A DNA stretch of 64,000 nt from Planctomycetota bacterium (lineage in GTDB: Bacteria; Planctomycetota; Phycisphaerae; UBA1845), in the NCBI GenBank assembly GCA_038043285.1, contig JBBTCJ010000007.1, forward strand, positions 21,488 to 85,487, given 5' to 3'. Numbering within the stretch: position 1 is the first letter of the stretch; the number at the start of each line of letters is the position of its first letter. The notes below the pieces were generated by a model. It was not told the DNA's origin and did no database searches. It saw only the letters and a list, made by a program, of their open reading frames with translations. Both the position numbers and the translations under genes were made by a program. Positions 1 to 9,549 of this stretch are shown one piece after another.

Positions 1-719
1 CGACGGTTCTCCCGCTGATCGCAGAAAAACCCCGTCTTTTGCCCACTCGTTGGATCGACCCGATACCGGACGCCGTGTTCCCGGATCGTCACCTGCCCGA
101 ACGCGGGTTGCGACGCCCGGCGAACGCGAAACCCCTCGATGCCTTCGATGGATGAATCCGCCCGCACGAGTACTCGCCACTGCGTCGCCGTCTTGTCCGG
201 ACGATCCAGCGAACTCGGCGAACCAAGTCGATCCCCCAAAAAACGCGCCAGCATGTCGGCCCGATCGAACATCCCGCGCGAAAACAACTCCAACACCAGA
301 CAGTCGGCGTACCGCTCGACGATCAGCCCGCTTAGACCGTCGCCCTCCGCGTGGACCAGGCGGTACGCGTCGGTGTGCTCCGCCAATCCAAGCCTCTCCC
401 GAAGCTCGACCGCCTGATCAATCCGCGCCCGCCAAAAGGCCTCGTCGATCGCTGCGTCGCCGTAGGCCAGCATGCGCACGACGATCCTTGACTTGGAGTT
501 GAACAGACCCCGTCCGAAAAACTGCCCCGACTTGTCGTAGACATTCACCACGTCGCCCGGCCGGGCCGCCGGATCCGCCTCGCGAATCATCCGCGAAAAC
601 AAGAACGGGTGCATGCTCGCCGAGCGCAGCAGCACCCACGGCGAGAGCATCGAGCCTGTCGCCGGACGCTCCTCCGGCGACCCGCCCTCCGAACGCGACG
701 GTTGATCGATCTGCCCCAT
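1..719 (-). CDS. rlmI: RlmI-like 23S rRNA (cytosine-C5) methyltransferase, N-terminal part; the gene runs off the left edge
   Basis: My own minus-strand translation; it is absent from the ORF track because there is no stop in the window. Sequence: ..MHPFLFSRMIREAD..VNVYDKSGQFFGRGLFNSKSRIVVRML..YRLVHAEGDGLSGLIVERYADCLVLELFS..VDPTSGQKTGFFCDQRENR. This is colinear with RlmI landmarks (HPWVF, YRL.GE.DGLPG, GxKTGyyLDQRxxR). In-frame ATGs lie at 719 and 650, and the start is unresolved. Confidence 0.7.
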   Translation of the reverse strand, partial: MGQIDQPSRSEGGSPEERPATGSMLSPWVLLRSASMHPFLFSRMIREADPAARPGDVVNVYDKSGQFFGRGLFNSKSRIVVRMLAYGDAAIDEAFWRARIDQAVELRERLGLAEHTDAYRLVHAEGDGLSGLIVERYADCLVLELFSRGMFDRADMLARFLGDRLGSPSSLDRPDKTATQWRVLVRADSSIEGIEGFRVRRASQPAFGQVTIREHGVRYRVDPTSGQKTGFFCDQRENR

Positions 720-1023
720 TCATGGATGGTCCTCGCCCGCCGATCCGCACGCAAGCGACTTCGGGATTCGATCGGGCTTTTTCAGTTGTTCGAGCACCAG
801 GGCAAGCGCTTGCACTTGCCTGTACCAGTCGCGGTGCGCTCGCAGGATGCCCCATCCCTGCCGCCAGGCAAAGGTGGAGGACGATCTCCCCAGAAACGAG
901 CATCGAACTCGCCCACCCGTCCGTCCCCCACCCATCGCTGCGCGATGGATGGGATGCCAACTTGCGTCGCGAGACCGATGACCGAATGGCCCGGCGGATT
1001 CGACACCAACCGTCGTCGGCACT

Positions 1024-2928
1024 ATGAATCGCTCCATGCCGCTGCGATCGTCGAGGGAGGAGTACGGTCGTTTCCGGGCCAAGCCGATCGTGGTGGAACC
1101 TTCGGCGGCCGCGCCCGCGCCGTTGCCTCCGCGCCGGACGGACGCCAGACGTTACTACCTCGCGCAGTATCGAAAATGGCTGCGCCCCTATCTCGGCCGG
1201 CTCATCGTGGTGTTCGCCCTGGCCCTCGCCGGCGCGAGCCTGGGGCTGGTTCTCCCGCTGGTCACCCGACACATCATTGATGGCGTCATTCCCGACACCA
1301 CGGTCGCGGAGGACGTGCGATTCCATCGGCTGCTTGCGCTTTGCGGGACGATGATCGCCTTGATCCTGGTGACCCAGGTCATCGACACCACGCGGGCGTA
1401 TCTGATGGCCGTGCTGAACGCGAGGGTGATCTTCCGTCTGCGACAGCGATTGTTCGAACGCTTCCTCCGCCTGCCCTTGTCCGACCTTTCGGAGTTGAAG
1501 TCCGGAGGCATCGTCTCGCGGCTGTCGCAGGACACCGACAAGGTGACCGGCCTGGTGCAGATGGGGTTGGTGACGCCCGGCGTCGCCGCCATGCGGGTCA
1601 TCATGACCGTCGGCGTGTTGTTTGCCCTGAGCTGGCCGATGGCCCTGGTGGCGGCGCTGATTATTCCGCCCATCGTGGTGATCAACTTCTTCTGGATTCA
1701 GAGGGTTCGTCCCATTTACCGCACGATGGCCGAGGACCGCGAGCGCATCGACGCCCGGGTGACCGAGACTTTCGGCGGAATACGGGTCGTGCGGGCGTTT
1801 CGCCGCGAACGTCGCGAGCAGCGCGACTACGCCGTCGGCCATCACCTGGTGATCCGCAAAAAACTGCTCGCCGAAACGCTGCAACTGGCGGTCAGCAGCG
1901 GATGGGGATTGCTCGTTCCCGGCGCGGCCCTGGTAATCGTGGGCTTCGGCAGCTACCTGGTCATCTACGGGCGCGGGACCGTCGGAGACATCGTGGCCTT
2001 CCAGATGTACTCGATGATGCTGCTGCACCCGGTCTCGATGATCGTGGAGTCGTACAGCGCCACGCAGCAGGCGATGGCCGCGATGGAGCGGGTCTTCGAC
2101 ATTCTGGAGCGGAACGAAGAGAAGCCGGATCGCGCCAACGCCGTCGAAACCCCCAGCCCCATCCGCGAAATCCGATTCGACAACGTCGGCTTTGAATATC
2201 GCGCGGGACTTCCCGTGTTGCACGAGATTCGGTTGAGCGTACCGGCAGGAAGCACCGTGGCCCTGGTCGGGCCTAGCGGCGGCGGCAAGACCACGCTCAC
2301 CGACCTGGTCGCCAGGTTCCACGATCCGACCTCGGGGTCCATCCGAATCAACGGAGTGGACCTGCGCGACCTCAGACTGGCGAGCTTTCGGTCGCGGTTG
2401 GCCATCGTCCCCCAGGACGTGTTCCTGTTCGACGGGACCGTTCGAGAGAACGTCGCCTACGGGCGGCGGAACGCCTCCGAGGGAGCGGTCCGCGAGGCCG
2501 CCCGCCGCGCCAACGCCCATGAGTTCATCGAACGCCTTCCCGAGGGATACGACACCATCATCGGCGAGCGGGGCGTGAAGCTCTCCGGCGGACAACGCCA
2601 GCGGCTCAGCATCGCCCGGGCGATCCTGGCCGATCCGGAAATCCTCATTCTCGACGAAGCCACCAGCAACCTGGATACCGAAAGCGAACAGTTGATCCAG
2701 GCTTCGCTGATCGATCTGCTGTCCACGCGGACCACGTTCGTCATCGCCCATCGACTGAGCACCGTCCTGCACGCGGATATGATCGTGGTGCTGCATCGGG
2801 GGCGAATCGAGGAGCTGGGCACGCACGCGGAGCTGATGGCCCGCGACGGCTTGTACCGCGACATGGTGGAGCGCCAACACCAGTTCGCCCAGACCCCCGA
2901 CCTGGCCTCGCCGGTGACCGAAGCGTGA
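1024..2928 (+). CDS. ABC exporter with fused permease and ATPase (MsbA/multidrug type)
   Basis: 634 aa. The N-terminal half has six hydrophobic segments. The C-terminal half has Walker A GPSGGGKTT, signature LSGGQRQR and Walker B ILILDEATS. Confidence 0.9.
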   Translation: MNRSMPLRSSREEYGRFRAKPIVVEPSAAAPAPLPPRRTDARRYYLAQYRKWLRPYLGRLIVVFALALAGASLGLVLPLVTRHIIDGVIPDTTVAEDVRFHRLLALCGTMIALILVTQVIDTTRAYLMAVLNARVIFRLRQRLFERFLRLPLSDLSELKSGGIVSRLSQDTDKVTGLVQMGLVTPGVAAMRVIMTVGVLFALSWPMALVAALIIPPIVVINFFWIQRVRPIYRTMAEDRERIDARVTETFGGIRVVRAFRRERREQRDYAVGHHLVIRKKLLAETLQLAVSSGWGLLVPGAALVIVGFGSYLVIYGRGTVGDIVAFQMYSMMLLHPVSMIVESYSATQQAMAAMERVFDILERNEEKPDRANAVETPSPIREIRFDNVGFEYRAGLPVLHEIRLSVPAGSTVALVGPSGGGKTTLTDLVARFHDPTSGSIRINGVDLRDLRLASFRSRLAIVPQDVFLFDGTVRENVAYGRRNASEGAVREAARRANAHEFIERLPEGYDTIIGERGVKLSGGQRQRLSIARAILADPEILILDEATSNLDTESEQLIQASLIDLLSTRTTFVIAHRLSTVLHADMIVVLHRGRIEELGTHAELMARDGLYRDMVERQHQFAQTPDLASPVTEA

Positions 2929-3076
2929 GGGTTGCCAGGTACCGCCCCGCGGGACACAATCACGGCGGTCCCGGAAGGACTTGTGCCCCATGCGCAGCGG
3001 GCTGGCGGACCGACCAGTGAGGCTCTTGCCTCGTCTCCCTTTCATTCGCGGGGGAGGCACACGTTTCGAGATCACG

Positions 3077-3787
3077 ATGATGCCCAGTTTGTGGATACAT
3101 CGCCGGATTGCCCCGACCGCCATGTCTTTGTTGTTGACCGCGTGCGGACTTTCCGGCACCTCATGCGTCGAGCCGAAACCAGGCCCCTCACAGGAGATGC
3201 CCGTCCGCTCCCCAGGGGCCGCGGCGGCTCCGGACGGCACGCCCTCAGCCGGAGCGACGCCGCCGAACCTGCTGCCGGGACAGCCTCCCGTGGGCGCCGC
3301 GGCGGCGGATGATGATGACCGGAACCTCACCATCGAGGTCCGCGAGGAGAAGTGGCCCAACGGTTCGCCGATGCGCCGCGTCGTCGGCTATGTCGACGAG
3401 GAGGGTGAATTCGTGCGCCACGGCGAGGCCGTCGAGCACTACGACTCCGGGCTTCAGAAGTCGGTGACCCAATGGCGGCACGGCCTGCTGCACGGTTCCA
3501 AAAGGACGTGGTATCTCAACGGTCAGGCCTGGTCCACCGGTCAATACGTCGACGGAAAATCAGACGGCGTATGGCGGCGCTGGCATCAGAGCGGAGGCAG
3601 ACACAGCGAGTGGACCATGGTCCGCGACGTCTGGCACGGAACCTATGCCGAGTGGCATGAGAACGGGTTCAAGCGGATGGAGGTGGAGTTCGTCAACGGC
3701 GTGCGCCAGGGTCCGATGCGCTTGTGGGACGAACAGGGCGTACTGGTGACCACGACGGATTTCGTGGACGGTGTGGAGCAGCCGTAA
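3077..3787 (+). CDS. MORN-repeat (YwqK-family) lipoprotein
   Basis: The internal ATG at 3077 gives MMPSLWIHRRIAPTAMSLLLTAC, a lipobox-like signal. Repeated G.W..W..NG modules follow (WYLNGQAWSTGQYVDGKSDGVWRRWH, HGTYAEWHENG, GVRQGPMRLWDEQG). Confidence 0.65.
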   Translation: MMPSLWIHRRIAPTAMSLLLTACGLSGTSCVEPKPGPSQEMPVRSPGAAAAPDGTPSAGATPPNLLPGQPPVGAAAADDDDRNLTIEVREEKWPNGSPMRRVVGYVDEEGEFVRHGEAVEHYDSGLQKSVTQWRHGLLHGSKRTWYLNGQAWSTGQYVDGKSDGVWRRWHQSGGRHSEWTMVRDVWHGTYAEWHENGFKRMEVEFVNGVRQGPMRLWDEQGVLVTTTDFVDGVEQP

Positions 3788-3856
3788 CCTGACGCCGCGT
3801 TGTCGTAATCCGATGTTGCGTAGCCGCACCAGCGGTTGCGTCCACCCGCGAAGGCT

Positions 3857-3914
3857 GAATGACGGATGCGGTATGCCAATCCGTACCGCGACCGATCAGA
3901 GCCGCGACCGTGAC
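3857..3914. repeat. Intergenic repeat, family 2 (..GCCAATCCGTACCGCGACCGATCAGAGCCGCGACC..), copy
   Basis: About 85% identical to 9069-9134, and shares the CCGTACCGCGAC / GATCAGAGCCGCGAC cores with the arrays at 46.6-47.0 kb and 51.8-52.0 kb (reverse complement). Confidence 0.8.
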
Positions 3915-3976
3915 AACGTTTTGCATCGATTGCCGTCCGGGTCCGTGCTCGTACTCCGCCGAGGCGCTCCAGCACC

Positions 3977-5164
3977 ATGACGACCCCATCGCCCACGATG
4001 TCCCGCCGCGCCCTTCGCTTTGATCGCGCCGAGGCGGGCGGAGCGCTGGGCGACCTGGGCACGTTCATTCCGCTTCTGGTCGCCATGGTGTACACCTGCG
4101 GGCTGCAGCTCGGCCCCGCGCTGTTGGCCGCCGGGGTTCTCAACATCCTTACCGGCGTTGTCTTTCGCATTCCCATGCCCGTCCAGCCGATGAAAGCCAT
4201 CGCCACGGTGGCCATTGCCGAAAAGCTGAGCGAGTCGCAAATCCTCTGCGCCGGGATGGTCACCGGCGGCTTGATTCTCTTGGCGGGTCTGACCGGACTG
4301 ATCGACCATCTCAATCGTGCCGTGCCGAAAAGCGTCGTTCGCGGCTTACAGTTGGCTATGGGGTTGAAGCTGCTGACCAGCGGATACGAAATGATCGCCC
4401 GTTGTGACGCATGGATCGGCTCGGACAGCGTCGCATTGGGAATCGCGTGCGCGGTATTGGTGCTGGCGCTGTATTTTTCGTCGCGAATTCCGGGGGCGCT
4501 GGTGGTGTTCGGGATCGGTCTGGCAGCCCTGTTGATCAGGCAACCGGCGCTGCTGGGGCAAACGCAGTTGGGCATGAGCTGGCGGCTGCCGTCGCTGGGA
4601 AGCGGGAACGATTGGCTGATCGGCACCTGGCGTGGGGCCTTGCCCCAGTTGCCGCTGACCACCTTGAACTCAGTGATCGCGGTGTGTGCCCTGGCGAAGG
4701 ATTTGTTCCCACACAGCGACGCCCGGCCCGGGCGGGTCGCCGTGTCGGTCGGGCTGATGAATCTGCTGACCTGTCCGCTGGGGGGCATGCCCATGTGTCA
4801 CGGCGCCGGCGGGTTGGCCGGGCAGTATCGCTTCGGCGCCCGAACCGGGGGCAGTGTCATTCTCCTCGGCGCGGTCAAGTGCCTGCTCGCGGTGGCCCTG
4901 GGCGATTCGTTGCTTCAGTGGTTGCAGGCCTATCCGCAATCGGTCCTCGGCGTGCTGCTGTTGTTCAGCGGGCTGGAGTTGTCGATGGCCTGCCGCGATC
5001 AAAGTTCGCGGGTGGACTTCTTCGTGCTGCTGCTGACCGCGGGGGCGTGCCTGGCGATCAACATGGCCGCCGGGTTCGTGATCGGCTGGTCGCTGGCCGC
5101 CGCGTTGCTTTGGGGATGGTTCCGCATCGAACCGCCGGCGGATTCTTCGGACCCCCGCGCCTAA
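3977..5164 (+). CDS. Putative molybdate/sulfate transporter (MOT1-type family)
   Basis: 395 aa polytopic membrane protein. The N-terminal GDLGTFIPL and PMPVQPMKAIA motifs are typical of the molybdate-transporter family as I recall it. Confidence 0.6.
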   Translation: MTTPSPTMSRRALRFDRAEAGGALGDLGTFIPLLVAMVYTCGLQLGPALLAAGVLNILTGVVFRIPMPVQPMKAIATVAIAEKLSESQILCAGMVTGGLILLAGLTGLIDHLNRAVPKSVVRGLQLAMGLKLLTSGYEMIARCDAWIGSDSVALGIACAVLVLALYFSSRIPGALVVFGIGLAALLIRQPALLGQTQLGMSWRLPSLGSGNDWLIGTWRGALPQLPLTTLNSVIAVCALAKDLFPHSDARPGRVAVSVGLMNLLTCPLGGMPMCHGAGGLAGQYRFGARTGGSVILLGAVKCLLAVALGDSLLQWLQAYPQSVLGVLLLFSGLELSMACRDQSSRVDFFVLLLTAGACLAINMAAGFVIGWSLAAALLWGWFRIEPPADSSDPRA

Positions 5165-5180
5165 AGCGCCCTTGCCTCTT

Positions 5181-5209
5181 GTGTAGCGTCGCCCTTCGTG
5201 GGCGGCGCC
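5181..5209. repeat. REP-type hairpin, family 1 (GTGTAGCGTCGCCCTTCrTGGGCGGCGC), copy 1
   Basis: A 9-bp stem GCGTCGCCC/GGGCGGCGC with a 6-nt loop lies 17 nt after the transporter stop. Near-identical copies are at 44489, 60315 and (degenerate) 48061. Confidence 0.8.
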
Positions 5210-5516
5210 TTCAGGAAAACGCCGCAGATAGACGGTCAGGTTCACAAAAGCGGATTCTGTTCCAAACTCAAATCGCGCGTCGGCAGAATTCACATGTCGA
5301 ACGTGTCGCTCCGCTTCCGCGTTCCCAGCATTGCCGCACCGGCATCGTCACCCTGGTATCGCCGATCGCGGTCTCTGTGAGAATCGTCCTTCGTCCGCGG
5401 CGCGGGCATTTCACCTCGGCGAGAGCGTCAAGCGCCGACCGCGCCACGGTCGATATTCGCAGAACCGATGGCCGGGACGCCCTCGGAGTCTGACGTGGAC
5501 CGGAGGCTGGCGAGTC

Positions 5517-6554
5517 GTGCGCGTTCTGATCACCGGACATCGAGGCTACATCGGGGCGGTGATGGCCGCGGTCTTGAAGAACGCTCGATTCGAGGTCGCG
5601 GGAATGGACTGCGACCTGTACGGTCCCTGCGACTTCGGCAGGACGCGGGACGAGGTCGCCGCCTTCGACGTCGACGTTCGCGACGTCGAGTTCACTGATC
5701 TGCTGTCCTTCGACGCGGTGGTGCATCTGGCCGCTACCCCCGAGGATTGGAACGGCGCGCTGGATCCAACCGTCAGCGAAGCGATCAACCGCGACGCGGC
5801 CATTCGGCTGGCGGAGTGCTGCAAGAAGGCCCAGGTGGGCCGGCTGCTGTTTGCCTCCACCTGTGCCGTGTACGGCCGAGCGCTGAACGAATTGCAGGAC
5901 GAGGAGTCGGCCACCCATCCGCTGACGCCCTACGCGCGGGCGAAGTTGGACGCCGAACGGGCCTTGCTCCGTCTCTCCGACACGAGTTTGTCCGTGGTGG
6001 TCATGCGGAACGCGACGGCGTACGGCGCATCGCCTCGAATGCGGCTGGACACCGCCGTCAACGAGTTTGTAGCCTCCGCGGTGACCACGGGACGGATCGA
6101 CATGCAGACCGAAGGGCGGGCGTGGCGTCCGTTCGTGCACGTCGAGGACGTGGCCCGAATGTACGCGGCCGTGCTGGCGGCCCCCAATGCCTCGGTCTCC
6201 GGACAGGTCATCAACGCCGTCCGAAGCGACGAGAATTATCGCATCATCGACGCCGCCGATCGGGTGGCGGAACTGATTCCCGGTTGCACGAGGTCCGCGC
6301 CGCCCCGAACGTTCGATCGACGAAGCTACCGCGTGGATGGGGGAAAACTGGCGCGGTTGTTTCCGCGCCTGGAGCTGCATTGGACGCTCGATCAGGGAAC
6401 CCGCCAGTTGCGCGAGGCCTTCCGGACCTCGGGACTGACACCGGGCGAGCTTCGCTCCCCAAGGTTCCGCCGCATCCGACGGCTGTCCACCCTGATGGAG
6501 CGCGGAGAATTGGATTCACAATTACGCCGCGCGTCCGCCTTGATGCTTCGCTAA
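5517..6554 (+). CDS. NAD-dependent epimerase/dehydratase family protein
   Basis: The GTG at 5517 gives VRVLITGHRGYIGAVM, a Rossmann GxxGxxG. The SDR-extended layout continues through the ORF. The upstream part of the tracked ORF is Arg/Pro-rich junk. Confidence 0.75.
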   Translation: MRVLITGHRGYIGAVMAAVLKNARFEVAGMDCDLYGPCDFGRTRDEVAAFDVDVRDVEFTDLLSFDAVVHLAATPEDWNGALDPTVSEAINRDAAIRLAECCKKAQVGRLLFASTCAVYGRALNELQDEESATHPLTPYARAKLDAERALLRLSDTSLSVVVMRNATAYGASPRMRLDTAVNEFVASAVTTGRIDMQTEGRAWRPFVHVEDVARMYAAVLAAPNASVSGQVINAVRSDENYRIIDAADRVAELIPGCTRSAPPRTFDRRSYRVDGGKLARLFPRLELHWTLDQGTRQLREAFRTSGLTPGELRSPRFRRIRRLSTLMERGELDSQLRRASALMLR

Positions 6555-6817
6555 GGCCTCGAACTCCACCCGTCCATCGCGGCGAACCCTCCGCCGAGTG
6601 CTCCGACGCAGCCAAACATTCGAGTGGGGTTCCCGACCGTGGGTATCCCAGCCCGCAACTCCGTCTGCGATGGAGCACCAGGATGTCCTAAGTTGTACGA
6701 ACCAGTCTACCCCGCTTCACCCGACCGACCCGACGTGGTAGGCTCCTCGGTTGCCCGCAAACGGTATCGAACCGAACAGGTTCGTGGAATCCCCTGATCG
6801 AAGGAGATGGACGCATC

Positions 6818-7567
6818 ATGAAGAAGGTCATTGCAATGTTCTTGCTCGCGGCGGCTGCGACTCCGCTGATCGCCCAGGAGAAGACGGCCAAACCCGGCGA
6901 CCTTACCGACCCCATCGAAATCCTCAAGAAGGCCGACGACGCGACCAAGGCCCTGGAGTCGGTCAAGTACGTCGCCGCCACCGAAGGCGTCGAAGCCAAC
7001 GCCCCGAAGATGCCCAAGGTCGAGGGCACGGTGGTATTGAGCGGATGGAACAACGGCGCGCCGCAAAAATGGTTCTACAACATCACCGTGCAGGCCCCGG
7101 GATCGACGGAGAAGAAGGAAGTGGTGGCCGGCACGGACGGCGAAACCTACTTCGTCATCGACAAGCAGAACAAAAAGGTCTACGCGGACATTGACCCCGC
7201 GGTGCTGGGGTCCACCGGGCGGATGATCCGCGGCATCACCATGTTGGAATACGTCCACCCCACGCCGTTCAGCGATGAGCTCAACGGCGAGAAGCAGGAG
7301 CTGGTCGGCTCGGCCACGATCGGCAACGAGGAGTGCTACGAAATTTTCGTGAAGTACAAGGGCCCCGCCCAGGAGGCCCACTGGTTCTTTTCCAAGAAGG
7401 ATTTCCTCCCGCGACAGGCGATCCGCTTGTTCCAGAACCCCGCAGGAGAACGCGGCGGAACCAAGTTGACCGTCACCCTCCTGACTCCTGACCCCAAGCT
7501 CGACGAAGCGGCCTTCAAGCTCGTCGTGCCCGACGGGTTCGAGAAAATCGACGACTTCGCGCCGTGA
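6818..7567 (+). CDS. Secreted hypothetical protein, possibly LolA-like or lipoprotein-sorting fold
   Basis: Clear signal peptide MKKVIAMFLLAAAATPLIAQE. Composition is Lys/Glu-rich and non-artefactual. The fold assignment is only a guess from length and beta-rich pattern. Confidence 0.6.
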   Translation: MKKVIAMFLLAAAATPLIAQEKTAKPGDLTDPIEILKKADDATKALESVKYVAATEGVEANAPKMPKVEGTVVLSGWNNGAPQKWFYNITVQAPGSTEKKEVVAGTDGETYFVIDKQNKKVYADIDPAVLGSTGRMIRGITMLEYVHPTPFSDELNGEKQELVGSATIGNEECYEIFVKYKGPAQEAHWFFSKKDFLPRQAIRLFQNPAGERGGTKLTVTLLTPDPKLDEAAFKLVVPDGFEKIDDFAP

Positions 7568-8164
7568 CCTTAGGCCGGGCGATGATCGAACGGAATCCGG
7601 ACCTGAACGACCGGGGCATCCAGGAAACGCCGCAGAAACGCCCCCAGGGGGCCTTATCCGTACGCTCGACGGCCCGAGGACGGTGTCCTGCGCTCGGGTG
7701 GCCCAGATCCTCTGGACCTGGGGGAGCCGACGCTACACGCCGGTCAGGTGATCGGGTCGGGTGGCCACAGGGGTTTTTCAATTGTCGCTTGCCGCGGTAC
7801 TTAGAACTGGTCACGGCACGGGCCGGCGATCCGCCAATGCCGTCCGACACCGCGAGACTCGGACAAATGCAAGACCCCCTGATGTCGGGTTGGGGGTGTT
7901 GAAAACCGTCGCCCGGTCGGGTATACATCTCACGACGCCCTGGTGGGCGGCTTTCCTGAAATCCCCGTGGCACGGGGCGGGCTGGCGAAGAAATCCAGTC
8001 CCTTGGACGGGTCCGACAGGAACTTGGGCGGTCCGTTCGCCACTGCGAACCGGGCCGCAGGAGTCACCCGGACAATCCGGTTCGCCTGATGTTAGTGCTT
8101 GGCTGGGGGTTTGCTCGGTGGGCATGAAGCCGCCGACGCCCCGACTTGACGCGGAGACCGACCG

Positions 8165-9058
8165 TTGAGCACCGTAAGCAAAATCTTCATCGTGTTGTTG
8201 ACCGTCTTCAGCATCGCGTTCACCGCCATGACCGTGTCGGTGGTGGCCCAATCGACAAACTGGCGGGATACGGCGCTGAAGTATGAGCAACACGCACGAG
8301 TCACCGACGCCAATCTGCGCGCCGTGATCGACGCCAACGCCGCCGAGCTGGCCAGCGCCAGGGACTCGGTCGTCGGGCATCTGGCGACCATCGGCGATCT
8401 GGAAAAAAAGCTTCAGGACGCATCGAGCGAAGTGGCCAAGCTCCGCTCCGAACTGGCCAAGGCCGACGCCGAACGTGGCAGCACCGAGGCCATGAATCGG
8501 GCGCTGCTCTCGCAGTTGGAAATGGCCCGGATGGCCGAGGCGGAGTATCGCCAGCAACGTGACAAGCTCGAACGCGACAGCGTTGACTTCCAGCAACGCA
8601 ACATCGACCTCAACGATCGGGTCAACGAGTTGACCGCCCAGGTGTCCGTGCTCGCGGAGCAGAAGCGGCACTACGAGCAGCAGATCAACGTGCTGCAAAC
8701 CGACGTGCAAAAGCTGTCGCGACAGGCTTCCGCGCCGGCGGCCGGAACCGCGATGGAGTCGCCGGCGGGAGCCGCCATGCGCGGCGTGTCGGCGCTTTCG
8801 CCGGTGCGAACCGCCGCCATTCGCGGCAAGGTGCTGAAGGTCGACGGCAACCTCGTCACCTTGAGCATCGGCTCCGCTGATGGGGTGCGGAAGGACATGC
8901 GTTTCGTGGTCCACCGCGACGGACAATATGTCGCTGACGTAACCGTCAACCTCGTCGATCCGGACAAGGCCGCGGGTCGCCTCGCCCAGTCGGCCGGGGC
9001 GATCCACGAAGGCGACGACGTCATCGACGCGGTCTCGCTGGCCGGTTCGGGCAAGTAA
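8165..9058 (+). CDS. Membrane-anchored coiled-coil protein with a C-terminal beta-rich domain
   Basis: TTG start. N-terminal TM segment IFIVLLTVFSIAFTAMTVSVV is followed by about 150 aa of heptad-like Ala/Glu/Leu/Arg/Gln-rich sequence. The C-terminus reads GKVLKVDGNLVTLSIGSADGVRKDMRFVVHRDGQYVADVTV. Confidence 0.7.
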   Translation: MSTVSKIFIVLLTVFSIAFTAMTVSVVAQSTNWRDTALKYEQHARVTDANLRAVIDANAAELASARDSVVGHLATIGDLEKKLQDASSEVAKLRSELAKADAERGSTEAMNRALLSQLEMARMAEAEYRQQRDKLERDSVDFQQRNIDLNDRVNELTAQVSVLAEQKRHYEQQINVLQTDVQKLSRQASAPAAGTAMESPAGAAMRGVSALSPVRTAAIRGKVLKVDGNLVTLSIGSADGVRKDMRFVVHRDGQYVADVTVNLVDPDKAAGRLAQSAGAIHEGDDVIDAVSLAGSGK

Positions 9059-9068
9059 GGACAATTGC

Positions 9069-9134
9069 GGAATGGCGAATGCGGAAGCCAATCCGTACCG
9101 CGACCCGATCAGAGCCGCGACCCTGACGGAGCGG
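9069..9134. repeat. Intergenic repeat, family 2, copy
   Basis: GGAATGGCGAATGCGGAAGCCAATCCGTACCGCGACCCGATCAGAGCCGCGACCCTGACGGAGCGG, a paralogue of 3857-3914. It starts 11 nt after the stop of the coiled-coil gene. Confidence 0.8.
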
Positions 9135-9170
9135 ATTTCAGGCGGGTGATTTTGTGCAAGGTGGGTTACG

Positions 9171-9323
9171 ATGAGCGAACGTCCGGCGAGTGATCAGCCT
9201 GAACACGACGTGTACACGATCCTGCTGATCGTCGCCACGGCCCTGACCATCGGCGCGACGGCGTATCTGGTGATTCGCAGCCAACAGCTTTTTGGCTCCT
9301 GGAATCCCTTCGCCGGGGCGTAG
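9171..9323 (+). CDS. 50-aa single-pass membrane protein (below the ORF-track cutoff)
   Basis: My own translation: MSERPASDQPEHDVYTILLIVATALTIGATAYLVIRSQQLFGSWNPFAGA*. It has an ATG start and one clean TM helix, and sits between the coiled-coil gene and mreB on the same strand. Confidence 0.5.
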   Translation: MSERPASDQPEHDVYTILLIVATALTIGATAYLVIRSQQLFGSWNPFAGA

Positions 9324-9549
9324 TCGGGCGCCGGCGTATACCCGCGGCCGCTGCTCAAGTGCAGGGACTCGGTTTGAGCGTGAACGTTCGCAAAAAGAGT
9401 TCTTGATGCAGTAGTTGGGAGGGGAGCGTCGCCGGGACGAACTTCGCGGCGTCGATCCAAACAGTTCATCCGTTCTCGGTCCGGCGCCGGCGTCAGGAAG
9501 CGCGGACGGTCATGAGGTCTACCAGGTGATTCTCGATTCCCTCTTGGGC

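Noticed and set aside
418-3360. 980-aa minus-strand ORF, the longest ORF in this part of the track
   Set aside because: It lies antisense to the well-supported ABC exporter and partly to the rlmI and MORN genes. Its composition is Arg/Gly/Pro/His-rich with no motifs. This is a typical stop-poor antisense frame of a GC-rich genome.
5331-5516. N-terminal 62 aa of the tracked 407-aa epimerase ORF; similar long N-terminal extensions occur on the ispH, aspartate aminotransferase, sigma factor, NapH-like, GH130, GT4, ugd and carbamoyltransferase ORFs
   Set aside because: The extensions are Arg/Pro-rich, lack homology and often overlap the upstream gene. Internal ATG or GTG codons with RBS-like purine tracts give family-typical N-termini, so I used the shorter coordinates.
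7900-8100. Possible cobalamin riboswitch (a GCCACTG box near 8040) or RNase P/tmRNA in the 600-nt gap
   Set aside because: Only a short B12-box-like heptamer is present. I could not find the other conserved cores (GGGAA..GGTG..AATCC for B12, GAGGAAAGTCC for RNase P, the tmRNA tag and acceptor ends). The downstream gene is also unrelated to cobalamin.
7811-9091. 426-aa minus-strand ORF
   Set aside because: It lies antisense to the coiled-coil gene and the non-coding gap. It shows no motifs and has a repetitive Arg/Gly/His composition.
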